Made by a program: the position numbers and the translations under genes. Shown here piece by piece: positions 8,198 through 17,835 of a stretch of 46,323 nucleotides of DNA. The notes under the pieces are model-generated. The model was not told the origin of the DNA. It did not search any database and saw only the letters and a program-made list of their open reading frames with translations. The DNA is from Chthonomonadales bacterium (GTDB taxonomy: Bacteria; Armatimonadota; Chthonomonadetes; Chthonomonadales; Chthonomonadaceae). The first letter of the stretch is position 1, and the number at the start of each line of letters is the position of its first letter. Where the stretch lies: assembly GCA_038217285.1 (NCBI GenBank), contig JBBQPO010000015.1, positions 1 to 46,323 of the forward strand. The letters run 5' to 3'.

Positions 8198-9367
8198 ATG
8201 TTAGACCATTTCACAGTTAAAGACTTCAAATCGCTGGTAGATGTAACTGTAGACCTCGGTGTGGTCAATGTATTCATCGGAGCAAATGGGAGCGGCAAGA
8301 GCAATCTTCTGGAGGCCATCGGCGTTCTCGGAGCGGCAGCCTCTGGTCGCGTCAATGATGAGTCGCTAAAGTACCGCGGCGTACGCCCGGGCGTCCCTGC
8401 ACTATACAAAGCCTCTTTTAAGAATAAGCAGGGCGCGTTGCATATCGGCTTTAAAGCCGAAGGCTACGGTGCGTCTTACGCCGTTTCTCTACTTAATCCG
8501 ATTGAGAAACCTACCCCCGAGTGGGCGTTCAAACACGAAAATCTAATGCTCGGTAAAAAACAGATCGTTGGACGTGGCCCTCGAACCTACGAACAACTCA
8601 ATCCGAATGCAGGGCTGGCAGCGCTTAAAGCAGTGGAGTTAAAGGCGGACGATCCCGCCGGAAAACTCCTCGATATGTTTCGCAACTATGCTATTTATTC
8701 TCCGGATACGCCGACACTCCGAGGGCTGGAGCCGGATCCACAGTCGCGAGAGCCGGTCGGCCTCGCAGGAGGCAGACTGCCTGAAGGACTATTGGCGATC
8801 CGATATACCGATGCGCAACAATACCTGACGGAAATGCTTTCTCTCGCGGGATGGATCTCTAGTTTCGGGGTCAGTTATACCAGGCAGATTCCGATTTCAG
8901 AAAGCGTCCCTCAACCACAGCGTGGACTACGGTTTCGTGATCAATATATGAGTGAGGGACGTAACCTGCTCTCCGGCTACGATGCCAGCGAAGGCATTCT
9001 CTATCTGCTGTTCTATAGCGTACTGGCCCTGCATCCAAAAGCGCCTCGTCTTTTTGCGATTGACAACTTTGACCAAGCTCTGAACCCGCGTACTGCCCGA
9101 GAATTTACGCGAACATTTTGCCAATGGTTGACGAACCAGAAAGACCGGCAGGTTTTGTTGACAACGCATAATCCTCTGGTACTTGATGGTTTACCGTTGC
9201 AGGATGATCGCGTAAGACTGTTTGCCGTAGATCGAAGTAAGCGCGGGCATACTGTTGTCAATCGAGTCATGGTGGATGAAAAGCTTCTTGAAGCAGCGGA
9301 GAAAGGTGTCCCCCTCTCGCAACAATGGGTCATGGGTCATTTTGGAGGAGTGCCTTCCAGTGTCTAA
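8198..9367 (+). CDS. ABC-type (AAA_21/OLD-like) ATPase
   Basis: Walker A GANGSGKS near the N-terminus, ASEG signature, Walker-B-like FAIDNFD, H-loop TTHN. Confidence 0.9.
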   Translation: MLDHFTVKDFKSLVDVTVDLGVVNVFIGANGSGKSNLLEAIGVLGAAASGRVNDESLKYRGVRPGVPALYKASFKNKQGALHIGFKAEGYGASYAVSLLNPIEKPTPEWAFKHENLMLGKKQIVGRGPRTYEQLNPNAGLAALKAVELKADDPAGKLLDMFRNYAIYSPDTPTLRGLEPDPQSREPVGLAGGRLPEGLLAIRYTDAQQYLTEMLSLAGWISSFGVSYTRQIPISESVPQPQRGLRFRDQYMSEGRNLLSGYDASEGILYLLFYSVLALHPKAPRLFAIDNFDQALNPRTAREFTRTFCQWLTNQKDRQVLLTTHNPLVLDGLPLQDDRVRLFAVDRSKRGHTVVNRVMVDEKLLEAAEKGVPLSQQWVMGHFGGVPSSV

Positions 9368-10045
9368 AATTCTACGGGTCAGTTATGTGGTCGAAGGAAC
9401 GACCGACTTCATCGTTCTGGACGCTCTGATCGAAAAGTTTCTAGTGGTATCGATTACGTTTCGAGACAGATCCAACCGCCTACTTCAGAGTATACCGACA
9501 ATCAGGGTATTCTGGGCGGCGGTTGGAAAGGAGTACTGAGGTGGTGTGAACAGACAGGAACATCCCCCGGCGGTTTCGCGAAAAGTCTGCCCCTATTGAA
9601 CTGCGATTGCCTGATTATCCATGTCGATGCCGATATTGCGGCTGAAGTAGAATTACAGTCGTATGATCTGGCTGCTCCCTGCCCCCCGGCAAAAGATACG
9701 TGCGATAAACTACACGCGCACCTGAAAAACCTCATTGGAAACCCTCTGCCATCAAAAGTCGTGCTCTGTATTCCTGCACAATGCATGGAAGCGTGGGTTT
9801 TCGCGGCATTGCATCCGGATCTGATTACAAATTTCCAACAGCTAGAGTGCAGATCGGAACCGGAAACCCTTCTTATCGGGAAACCGGACAAACTAGTACG
9901 TGACAAAGATGGCCGCGCCCGGAAGGAGCCGCAACGCTATAAAAAGGCGGAAAATCGTATAGCCAAAGGTTGGTCCCACACCATCGCCATTTGTTCTGAA
10001 GCACACCGGTTTGAGACAGATTGTCTTGCCGTCCTTCTTCAGTAG
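9360..10045 (+). pseudogene. TOPRIM-like partner of the ATPase (DUF4276/DUF4435-like), frameshifted at ~9444
   Basis: GTG start overlaps the ATPase end; YVVEGTTD motif. Restoring one base near 9444 gives continuous ...GIDYVSRQIQP...GGGWKGVLRWC...IIHVDADIA...EAWV to TAG 10045. Confidence 0.75.
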
Positions 10046-10102
10046 CCCCATCGAAAACTGCCTCCTCGTCAACAATGAGGCAAGCAAAACCCCAACACTG
10101 CT

Positions 10103-12760
10103 TCACTCTCCGCTCTGCTGGATCAGTTTGGCTACCAGTGCGGTCCAGCCTGTTTGGTGGCTTGCACCGAGGCCCGCGCCGTTGTCACCGTGAAAATACT
10201 CGTGGAAGAGAATATTATCGCGCCAGTGCGGGTCTGTTTGAAACGTCTCCAGGCCACCGTAGACCGGGCGTCGGCCGTTTTCGTCGCGTAGGAAGAGGCG
10301 GGTCAGGCGTCGAGAGAGCTCCTGAGAGACCTGCCAGAGGGTCAGCATCGTGCCGGAGCCGGTAGGGCACTCGACCAGAAAGTCGTCGCCGTAGTAGTGG
10401 TGAAAGCGCTGGAGCGCCTCGATCAGCAGGTAGTTGATAGGGAACCAGATCGGTCCGCGCCAGTTCGAGTTGCCGCCAAAGAGGCCTGTGCGGGATTCGG
10501 CGGGCTCGTAGTCCACGCAGTAGGTCGTGCCCTCGATAGTGATCGTGTAGGGCTGGGCCAGGTGTACTTTGCTGAGGGAGCGAATGCCGTAATCGCTGAG
10601 GAACTCCTCCGGATCGAGCAGGCGGCGCAGCAGCCGCTTCATGCGATGCCCGCGCACGAGCGCGAACAGACGACGCTCTCCGGCTCCCGGCTCCGTCCAG
10701 CGGGAGATGAGGCCGGAGAGCTCGGGACGGTGCTTCAGGAACCACTCCAGGCGGTCGCGGAAGCCGGGGAACATCTGGAGCGTGTCCGGCTCCATCGAAT
10801 CCACAGCGAGCAGAGGCATGAGGCCGACCAGAGAGCGGACTTTGAGGCGCTGCGCGCTGCCGTCGGGACTGCGGAGCACATCGTAGAAGAACTCGTCCTC
10901 TTCGTCCCACAGCGAGATTCCTTCGCCTGCGATGTTGTTCATGGCGCCCGCGATATTGAGGAAGTGCTCCAGAAAGGTCGTCGCCATGTCTTCGTAGATC
11001 GGATTGTCGCGCGCCAGTTCGAGAGAGATGCTGAGCATAAGGAGGCTATAGAAGCCCATCCAGGCGGTGCCATCGGACTGATCCAGCGTACCGCCGTTGG
11101 GCAGCACGGCGCTGCGGTCGAACACCCCGATATTGTCCATGCCGAGGAAGCCACCCTGAAAGACGTTGAGGCCGTTGGGATCTTTGCGGTTGACCCACCA
11201 GGTGAAGTTGAGCAGCAGCTTCTGGAAGACTCGTTCCAGGAAAGCGCGATCCGCCACACCGGTCGTGCGGCGTTCGATCTTGTAGATGCGGAAGGCGGCC
11301 CAGGCATGGACCGGAGGATTGACATCGCCGAACGCCCATTCGTAGGCAGGCAGTTGACCGTTGGGATGCATGTCCCAGTCTCGGCAAAGCAGCAGCAGTT
11401 GCCGCTTGGCGAAGCCGGGGTCGATCAGAGCCAGCGGAATCGTGTGAAACGCCAGATCCCAGGCGGCATCCCAGGGATCCTCCCAGGCGTCGGGCATGGA
11501 GTAGATATCGGCGTTGTTGAGGTGCCGCCACTCGTGATTGCGGCCTTTTTTGCGCTCAGGCGGAGGCGGAGGCATACCGGGATCGCCGTCGAGCCAGTCG
11601 GCGACCGAGTAGTTGTAGAACTGTTTGCTCCAGAGCAGCCCGGCGAAGGCTTGCCGCTGCACGTTGCGCACGTCGTCGGAGAGAGCGGAGTCCAGTTGCT
11701 TCGCATAGAAGGCGTCCGCCTCCTGTTTGCGCTGCTGCAGGATGGTGTCGAACGAGTGGCCGAGCGCATCGGTCATGGTCGTGTCCGTGTTCAGCCGCAG
11801 CCGCAGCGTCTTCGTCTCTCCCGCCGTGAAGTTCAGGTGATAGCGCAGGGCGGCTTTCGTCCCGGTATTATCGGTATTGACGGCATCGGTACGCCCTCCA
11901 ACAATGTAGTTATGGAAGGCATCTTTGACGTAGTGGCTGGCGTTCTGGCCATGCGGAGGGAAGAGGCAGGAGAAGTTGGTTTCGTTCTCCGTGAAGAGGG
12001 GTTCGGGCACATCCACGGTCGCGCCGCCGTGCAGGTAACGTGTGCCGAGTTCGACATGGTCGGCGCGCAGTGTGCGCATCCCGTCTTGCACGGGGGCTAG
12101 CCCGCTGATCTGCGGCCGGGGCACGTCGCCGCCCCAGCTCCAGGTGTTGCGGAACCAGAGAGTTGGCAGCACGTCCAGCATCGCATCCGGCCCATGATTG
12201 ACGATGGTGATCTCGATCAGGATGTCTTCCGGATCGAGTTTGGCGTACTCGATGAAGACGTCGAAATAGCGATTCTCGGCGAAGACTCCGGTATCCAGCA
12301 ACTCGAATTCGGCCTCTTCGCGGCCCCGGCGCGCGTTCTCCTCGATCAGTTGGATGTAGGGATAGGCGGCATGGGGGTATTTGTAGAGAGCCTTCATGTA
12401 GGAGTGGCTGGGGGTGGAGTCGAGAAAGAAGAAGTACTCCTTGACATCCTCGCCGTGGTTGCCCTGCGGGCCGGTCAGCCCGAAAGGGCGCTCTTTGAGG
12501 ATTGGGTCGTTGCCGTTCCAGAGCGCGAGCGCGAAACAGAGGTTCTGCCGCCGGTCGCAGATGCCGAGCAGGCCGTCCTCATTCCAGCGGTAGGCGCGGG
12601 AGCGGGCGTGGTCGTGCGGGAAGTAGTCCCAGGCCGAGCCGTCGGGGCTGTAGTCCTCTCGCACGGTGCCCCAGGCCCGCTCGCTCAGATAAGGCCCCCA
12701 TTTTTTCCAGTCGACGGCATGGTCCCGCGCCTCTAAAACCCGCTTCTCTTCTTCGGTCAT
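10103..12760 (-). CDS. MGH1-like / GH63-like glucosidase
   Basis: [54 protein letters not shown] conserved blocks; start taken at MTEEEKR. Confidence 0.92.
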   Translation of the reverse strand: MTEEEKRVLEARDHAVDWKKWGPYLSERAWGTVREDYSPDGSAWDYFPHDHARSRAYRWNEDGLLGICDRRQNLCFALALWNGNDPILKERPFGLTGPQGNHGEDVKEYFFFLDSTPSHSYMKALYKYPHAAYPYIQLIEENARRGREEAEFELLDTGVFAENRYFDVFIEYAKLDPEDILIEITIVNHGPDAMLDVLPTLWFRNTWSWGGDVPRPQISGLAPVQDGMRTLRADHVELGTRYLHGGATVDVPEPLFTENETNFSCLFPPHGQNASHYVKDAFHNYIVGGRTDAVNTDNTGTKAALRYHLNFTAGETKTLRLRLNTDTTMTDALGHSFDTILQQRKQEADAFYAKQLDSALSDDVRNVQRQAFAGLLWSKQFYNYSVADWLDGDPGMPPPPPERKKGRNHEWRHLNNADIYSMPDAWEDPWDAAWDLAFHTIPLALIDPGFAKRQLLLLCRDWDMHPNGQLPAYEWAFGDVNPPVHAWAAFRIYKIERRTTGVADRAFLERVFQKLLLNFTWWVNRKDPNGLNVFQGGFLGMDNIGVFDRSAVLPNGGTLDQSDGTAWMGFYSLLMLSISLELARDNPIYEDMATTFLEHFLNIAGAMNNIAGEGISLWDEEDEFFYDVLRSPDGSAQRLKVRSLVGLMPLLAVDSMEPDTLQMFPGFRDRLEWFLKHRPELSGLISRWTEPGAGERRLFALVRGHRMKRLLRRLLDPEEFLSDYGIRSLSKVHLAQPYTITIEGTTYCVDYEPAESRTGLFGGNSNWRGPIWFPINYLLIEALQRFHHYYGDDFLVECPTGSGTMLTLWQVSQELSRRLTRLFLRDENGRRPVYGGLETFQTDPHWRDNILFHEYFHGDNGAGLGASHQTGWTALVAKLIQQSGE

Positions 12761-12773
12761 GGTTCCTCTTGAT

Positions 12774-13541
12774 TCAGTAGAGCGTGACTTGCTGCGTGAG
12801 GCCGCCGTCCACATAGTAGGTGCTGCCGGTGACGTAGTCCGACTCGCTGCTGGCGAGGAAGACGGCGACCGAGGCGACCTCTTCGGGTCTGCCGAAGCGT
12901 CCCCAGGGGATCTCGCTGATGGCGTTCTTGCTGGCGATGGGGTCGTCGAGCACCGACTGGTTGATCGGGGTAGCGATAGCGCCCGGCGCGATGTTGTTGA
13001 CGTTGATCTTGTAGGGAGCCAACTCCATAGCGAGGTTGCGCATCATCATGCGGATGCCGCCCTTGGAGGCGCAGTAGGCGGTATACTCGGGGAACGGAAT
13101 GTCTTCGTGGACCGAGGAGATATTGATCAGCTTGCCGCCCTGGCCCTGCTTGACCAACTGCCGCGCGGCGGTCTGATGCACCAGGAACGCGCCGAAAAGG
13201 TTGACCCCGATGACCCGGTTCCATTCGTCATCGGTCACTGCGAGGAACGGCTTTTTGATCTCGATACCCGCATTGTTGACGGCGATATCGATGCGTCCGA
13301 ACTTCGCCACGACCTCTGCCATCATGCGCTCGACATCTTCGCGCTTGCTCACATCTCCTGCGACCGCGATGCCCGTCGTCCCGAACGTGGCGACCTCGGT
13401 GGTGGCGTCCGCATCGCGCGTTCCGCCCGGCAGGTAGTTGACGGCGACATGCGCGCCCTCGGCGGCGAACCGCTCGGCAATCGCCTTCCCGATCCCGCTA
13501 TTGGCCCCTGTAATGAACGCGACCTTATCCTTCAATCTCAT
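12774..13541 (-). CDS. SDR family oxidoreductase (glucose 1-dehydrogenase-like)
   Basis: [25 protein letters not shown] motifs. Confidence 0.92.
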   Translation of the reverse strand: MRLKDKVAFITGANSGIGKAIAERFAAEGAHVAVNYLPGGTRDADATTEVATFGTTGIAVAGDVSKREDVERMMAEVVAKFGRIDIAVNNAGIEIKKPFLAVTDDEWNRVIGVNLFGAFLVHQTAARQLVKQGQGGKLINISSVHEDIPFPEYTAYCASKGGIRMMMRNLAMELAPYKINVNNIAPGAIATPINQSVLDDPIASKNAISEIPWGRFGRPEEVASVAVFLASSESDYVTGSTYYVDGGLTQQVTLY

Positions 13542-13842
13542 AGCGTCTCTCCTCCTAGGTGGTGAAGGGGCGATAGCCCGCAATAGTAACTCCCATCGTC
13601 GCGTTAAAGTTCCCTGCTTCCCCGGCTTTCTCCTGCCCTGCCTGCGCCGTAGACGGCAGGAAACAGGGGCTGACATCCCGAAATGAGAGCCATCTCACCC
13701 GTTTGGGAGCAGAGATCAGGAAGCCGGTACGTCTGGAAGGTTCCGCAGTCAGTATGCCGCAGGCGGCGCGACCGAGCCTTCCGGCAGTGGCCCGCGCCGA
13801 GGGGATCGTACGTCCAATCACAACTCAAAAGGAAACAGTCTG

Positions 13843-14514
13843 ATGTCGAGTCGAAATTTAATTGCGGTGGCTATGTTGGCGCTGGCTTTGCTCGTGGGGG
13901 GAGGCGCGGTGGTGGTGCATGCCCGGCCCGGCAGTTTGCCGGGGGACGGCGTCGGGGGCGACAACACCGCCGTCGTGGATATGGAGCGTCTCTATAATAA
14001 CTCCGACCTGCCGCAGGTACTGGCGCAGAAGGTCGCGCAACTGGGCGCGCAGGCCCAGCAGCGCCTCGACGCCCTGGCGGACGCCCGCTTCCTGGACGCG
14101 AAGGAACTGCAAGAGTACGGTGATCTGATCGGCAAGGCAGCGCCGGACGCGGCCCAGCAAGCCCGTATGAAAGATCTCAAAGCCCTCTCGAACCAGCGCT
14201 CCGCCGAGCTCGACACCCTCAACGTCAAACCGGCCGACATGGTCACCCCGGCGGACAAGACGCGGATGCGCACCCTGGTCGAAATGAGCCACCTTATCGA
14301 TAAAGTGCTGCCCTCCGTACACGACGATCTGGCGCAGGATCAGGCGGATCGCATTCGCGCCATCCGCCGCGACCAGATCGCCCAGTTGCGCGTTGTTGTC
14401 GGCCAGGTCGCGAAGGAGAAAGGCGTCGTCCACGTCTTCGATGTCAACGCCCTCGTCTACTCCGCCAACGACCTGACCCCTCTCGTCCTGAAAAAACTAA
14501 AGCCCGGCAAGTAG
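13843..14514 (+). CDS. OmpH/Skp-like periplasmic chaperone
   Basis: Signal peptide, AVVDMERLY, long helical region, VAKEKGVVHVFD...DLTPLVLKKL C-terminus. Confidence 0.75.
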   Translation: MSSRNLIAVAMLALALLVGGGAVVVHARPGSLPGDGVGGDNTAVVDMERLYNNSDLPQVLAQKVAQLGAQAQQRLDALADARFLDAKELQEYGDLIGKAAPDAAQQARMKDLKALSNQRSAELDTLNVKPADMVTPADKTRMRTLVEMSHLIDKVLPSVHDDLAQDQADRIRAIRRDQIAQLRVVVGQVAKEKGVVHVFDVNALVYSANDLTPLVLKKLKPGK

Positions 14515-14539
14515 TACAGAGAACCCTGGACGCGCTCTA

Positions 14540-14797
14540 ATGATAAGAATGGAAGACAAATTTTCCGAAGACTACTACTTAAACCCCTCGATCCCGTGGC
14601 AGGAACGCTGGGACGCCTATAACCTTAAAAACACACAACATCTCTTGCTAGACGGTGTGAAACGCCCCTGCGATTTCTGTGACTCGCTCTATCTGGTCGA
14701 AGCAAAGTTTGCAGGCAATGCTTGTTTCCATTGCTATGCGTGCAGCGAATTGCCGGAACCTCCTGAATGGAGTGCAGACGCTTCTGTGTCCGATTAA
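14540..14797 (+). CDS. small Cys-rich hypothetical protein
   Basis: 85-aa ORF with CDFC and CFHCYAC; next to the integrase remnant. Confidence 0.4.
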   Translation: MIRMEDKFSEDYYLNPSIPWQERWDAYNLKNTQHLLLDGVKRPCDFCDSLYLVEAKFAGNACFHCYACSELPEPPEWSADASVSD

Positions 14798-15175
14798 TTG
14801 CGTAAGCCTCGGTGATAGTCTCCATCGAAGGTTCCAGCGCCCTCGGCGACGGTCCTGCGGAAGAGGCTTCCGAGGTGCCGATGGTAGGTCGCAACCGTGG
14901 ACGACTTGCCGGGCTCCGATGCGGTAGCGTGGCCCCAGCGCTCTTCCGGCTCCTTGTGGCTGTTGGTGAGGTAGGCGAAAAACTGCCGCATCTCGAGGAC
15001 ACTGCAACAGGGGATGGACTTATGTTCGAGGAACCAGAAGAAGTTGCGAAGATAGAGGGGCCGGTTGGCAAGCGTGGATGCAGAATGCTGCTCGAACCCG
15101 CATGACTACAGCCAGCCCTCGGCGTAGCGCTTCAGATCCGAAACGCTGATAGTCGGGTCCGTTTTGACGGAAGGA
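14794..15175 (-). pseudogene. tyrosine integrase N-terminal (SAM-like) remnant
   Basis: Minus frame reads SDLKRYAEGWL*SCGFEQHSASTLANRPLYLRNFFWFLEHK...EMRQFFAYLTNSHKEPEERWG...TVATYHRHL, with an internal TAG and no catalytic domain; directly 3' of the tRNA. Confidence 0.6.
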
Positions 15176-15210
15176 AGAGGTGGGTTTGAGATCGAAACCA
15201 AAGAGAAACA

Positions 15211-15282
15211 TAGGCAGTATTGGATTTGAACCAATGACCTCTTCCGTGTCAAGGAAGCGCTCTACCCCTGAGCCAACCGCCT
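15211..15282 (-). tRNA. trnV: tRNA-Val(GAC)
   Basis: AGGCGGT acceptor / ACTGCCT-A; D arm GCTC..GAGC; anticodon arm CTTCC-TTGACAC-GGAAG; T arm ATTGG-TTCAAAT-CCAAT; CCA not encoded. Confidence 0.96.
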
Positions 15283-15319
15283 GTAAGCACCGTCGCTTTT
15301 TACGTCGAACAGTGAGAGA

Positions 15320-15348
15320 ATTATATCACAGGCAGGGCTGTCTGTCAA
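15320..15348 (-). promoter_or_regulatory. sigma70 promoter of tRNA-Val
   Basis: Minus strand TTGACA-N17-TATAAT with TG extension. Confidence 0.85.
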
Positions 15349-15424
15349 GGTGAACCCGATTATAAACGATTGCTTCCCGGTCAAGGAAGTAATCGTTTTC
15401 CCTCTCAAACCGACGGTCTCCCTC

Positions 15425-16315
15425 TCAAAGGGCGTGTTCCGTTGCCTTCGGATTTTGCGACCGGAGCTTGCGATAGTTCGTCAGGCATTTCTCCACAGTC
15501 TCCAGAGAGGGGAAACGACTGCCTTCCTGCTCGATCAGCACATACTCTGCGCCACCCTTCTCCTCGGCGGCCTTCAGGAGATTTGCCCAGGGAGTATCCC
15601 CTTCCCCGAACAGCACTTTGTAGCCGCGATCCGTGCCGGCGCCCCAGTCCTTGAGGTGCAGGGAGCGAATACGGCCGGGATGGGCGCGGATCCAGGCAAT
15701 GGGATCGAAGCCGACTTCCATACAGGTGCCGACATCGAACTGCAGGGTGACCTCTTTGGGCGTGTGCGCGGCCAAAAAAGGCATCGGCCGAAATCCGTCC
15801 CGCTCGGTAAACTCCAGATGGTGATTATGATAACCCGCGCGCATCTTCAGGGGCTTGAGCGTCTGTGCGGCCTGGGTCAGGGTATCGGCGACCCGCTTCC
15901 AGTCGTCCTGATTCTCCGTTCGCCCGGCGCTTGCCATCACGATCGTCTTGGAACCGAGGATCCGGTTCAGTTCGATCGCGTGTTTCAGCCCGTCCCCTTC
16001 CAGCCCACTGCGATTGTTGTGGGTCGAGAGGCACCGGATATTCAGCTCGTCCAGCAGTTTGCGCACCTCCTGCGCATAGGAGGCGGACCAGGCCGCATAC
16101 GGGGAATAGAACTCGACCACCTCATAGCCCATCCGCGCGACCGTCCGCACCGTTCCCATCAGATCTTTCGCCAACTCGTCACGCACCGAATAGAGCTCCA
16201 GTCCTACCGGTAGGTGGCGGGGCTTCCCCAGCGCTCCGGCTGCAAGAGCGCCGCTCGACGCCGCCAGCGTCGCCATAAGAAACGCGCGTCTTGTCATCTC
16301 ATCGTTGTTAGCCAT
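15425..16315 (-). CDS. Tat-exported sugar phosphate isomerase/epimerase (AP endonuclease 2 TIM barrel)
   Basis: TRRAFL Tat motif; GLELYSVRD, GYHNH, FDVG, LHLKD, IEQE motifs. Confidence 0.9.
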   Translation of the reverse strand: MANNDEMTRRAFLMATLAASSGALAAGALGKPRHLPVGLELYSVRDELAKDLMGTVRTVARMGYEVVEFYSPYAAWSASYAQEVRKLLDELNIRCLSTHNNRSGLEGDGLKHAIELNRILGSKTIVMASAGRTENQDDWKRVADTLTQAAQTLKPLKMRAGYHNHHLEFTERDGFRPMPFLAAHTPKEVTLQFDVGTCMEVGFDPIAWIRAHPGRIRSLHLKDWGAGTDRGYKVLFGEGDTPWANLLKAAEEKGGAEYVLIEQEGSRFPSLETVEKCLTNYRKLRSQNPKATEHAL

Positions 16316-16452
16316 ACGTTGCTCCTCTGCCCCCGGAAAAAGGCTTCCTTGACGTAGGGGTACGTTCCCATTACGGGGTGAAAGATCCTTCTCGATTTGC
16401 GCGAAGGCGGGTCATCGAACGCTCAACAGAAGGGGGCAGGGACTCAGGTCTG

Positions 16453-17250
16453 TCAGTCGCAGATGCCGTAGAAGGTGCCGTAGCTGTTGCCGTCGGTGGC
16501 GGCGTTGGGGTCTGGATCGTCGCTGCGGCCGCCGGAAGGGCAGACGACCTGGGTGTCGAACGCGCCACTGGTGACCACGAATTTGGCGTGACCGTCGGCG
16601 TACACGAAGCCCGCGCCCCGGCTGTGCCAGGCCTGGTAGTAGCCGGGAATGTAGCCGTATTTGGCGTTCGTGCCGAACCAGGGCATCATCTCGTCGCGCA
16701 TGATGCGGGTGTCGGAGGGCGCGGTGAACTGCGAATCGGTGACGATGTTGTTCACGGTGAACTGGGTCGTGTCGTTGTTCTGTGACGATTCGCCTGCCAC
16801 CACGGAGAAGCTGCCCCGGTCGAAGCGGTAACTGGAGCCGTAGCAGGACTGGTAGTTGGCGCGGCCCGGACAGCCGTAGGTCGGGTCGGAGATCGACGGG
16901 CCGCCCTGATCGTCGGGGCAGCGAAAGATCTCCTTGTTCTTGGTATAGGGCAGGATCTCCAGCTCGATCCCTTTGTGCGGCGTGTCGCCGGTCCAGGCGC
17001 GGGCGCTGGTCACGGGGTCCTGGGTGTTGTAGGCGTAGAAGATCGGGAAGCTCTCGTCGTAGTCCTGCACATACATCTTGACCGCCAGACCGATCTGGCG
17101 AACGTTGGAGGTGCAGACGGTCTGGCGCGCGCTTTCGCGGGCCTGCGCGAAGACCGGGAAGAGAATGGCCGCCAGGATCGCGATGATCGCGATGACGACG
17201 AGCAGCTCGATGAGGGTGAAGGCGGTGCGGATGCGGGAAGTATTGTTCAT
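16453..17250 (-). CDS. DUF1559 / prepilin-type N-terminal cleavage-methylation protein with H-X9-DG motif, downstream of TPP riboswitch
   Basis: [52 protein letters not shown] at 17250 with GGAG RBS. Confidence 0.93.
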   Translation of the reverse strand: MNNTSRIRTAFTLIELLVVIAIIAILAAILFPVFAQARESARQTVCTSNVRQIGLAVKMYVQDYDESFPIFYAYNTQDPVTSARAWTGDTPHKGIELEILPYTKNKEIFRCPDDQGGPSISDPTYGCPGRANYQSCYGSSYRFDRGSFSVVAGESSQNNDTTQFTVNNIVTDSQFTAPSDTRIMRDEMMPWFGTNAKYGYIPGYYQAWHSRGAGFVYADGHAKFVVTSGAFDTQVVCPSGGRSDDPDPNAATDGNSYGTFYGICD

Positions 17251-17284
17251 TTGGGTTGCTCCGTTCTCACCGAAGGCGGGCAAC

Positions 17285-17317
17285 AAAAAACGCCGCCATC
17301 GGGAAATGGAAGCGGCG
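17285..17317 (-). terminator. intrinsic terminator in riboswitch expression platform
   Basis: Minus strand CGCCGC-ttccatttcccgatg-GCGGCG-TTTTTT between the aptamer and the start codon. Confidence 0.7.
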
Positions 17318-17365
17318 AGAAGAGGGCACAGCGCCACTAGGGCGCAGATGTCTTTCCGGTATTGG

Positions 17366-17458
17366 CCGCTTTCCTACGCCGGTATGATCCGGTTCAGGTA
17401 CCAGGGTCGGCTTTTCAAAAGCCCTCTCAGCCTGTTTTGCAGCAGGCTCCCCTAGCGG
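17366..17458 (-). ncRNA. TPP (thiamine pyrophosphate) riboswitch
   Basis: Minus strand CCGCTAGGGGAGCCTG..CAGGCTGAGAGGGC..GCCGACCCTGGTACCTGAACCGGATCATACCGGCGTAGGAAAGCGG, with CTGAGA, ACCTGA and ATACC.GCGTAGGAA hallmarks and P1 CCGCT/AGCGG. Confidence 0.93.
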
Positions 17459-17490
17459 TGGCGCGACCGTTTTGCGGTCGCGTCGTCTTT

Positions 17491-17519
17491 AGTGTACACG
17501 TATTCCTTCGAAATTGCAA
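17491..17519 (-). promoter_or_regulatory. sigma70-like promoter upstream of TPP riboswitch
   Basis: Minus strand TTGCAA-N17-TACACT. Confidence 0.6.
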
Positions 17520-17523
17520 ACGA

Positions 17524-17814
17524 TCAGAGCGTGGGCGGGGCGTTCCGGCTTTCGAGGACGCGCCGGATCGGGATGTTGGCGACCACGGCCACGGCGTTGT
17601 CCGAGCGCTCCAGGCTGAGGTCGAGAGCCGCTTCGTCGATCTCGACATACTTCGAGAGGACGAGCAGAATCTCGCGGCGCATCTCCTCCATCATTGGGGC
17701 CGGTATATCGGCCCGATCGTGCATGAGGACGAAGCGCAGACGGTCTTTGGCAACGTGTTTGGCGGATTTTTCGCCCCGACCGAAGAGGCGGTCAATCAAG
17801 GTATTCAATGGCAT
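17524..17814 (-). CDS. minE: cell division topological specificity factor MinE
   Basis: SAKHVAKDRLRFVLMHDR...MRREILLVLSKYVEID...VANIPIRRV. Confidence 0.95.
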   Translation of the reverse strand: MPLNTLIDRLFGRGEKSAKHVAKDRLRFVLMHDRADIPAPMMEEMRREILLVLSKYVEIDEAALDLSLERSDNAVAVVANIPIRRVLESRNAPPTL

Positions 17815-17835
17815 GGCACTCTCCCAGGGGGATAC

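Noticed and set aside
14515-15211. att-site duplication of the tRNA-Val 3' end
   Set aside because: No second copy of the tRNA 3' sequence was found by eye in the window.
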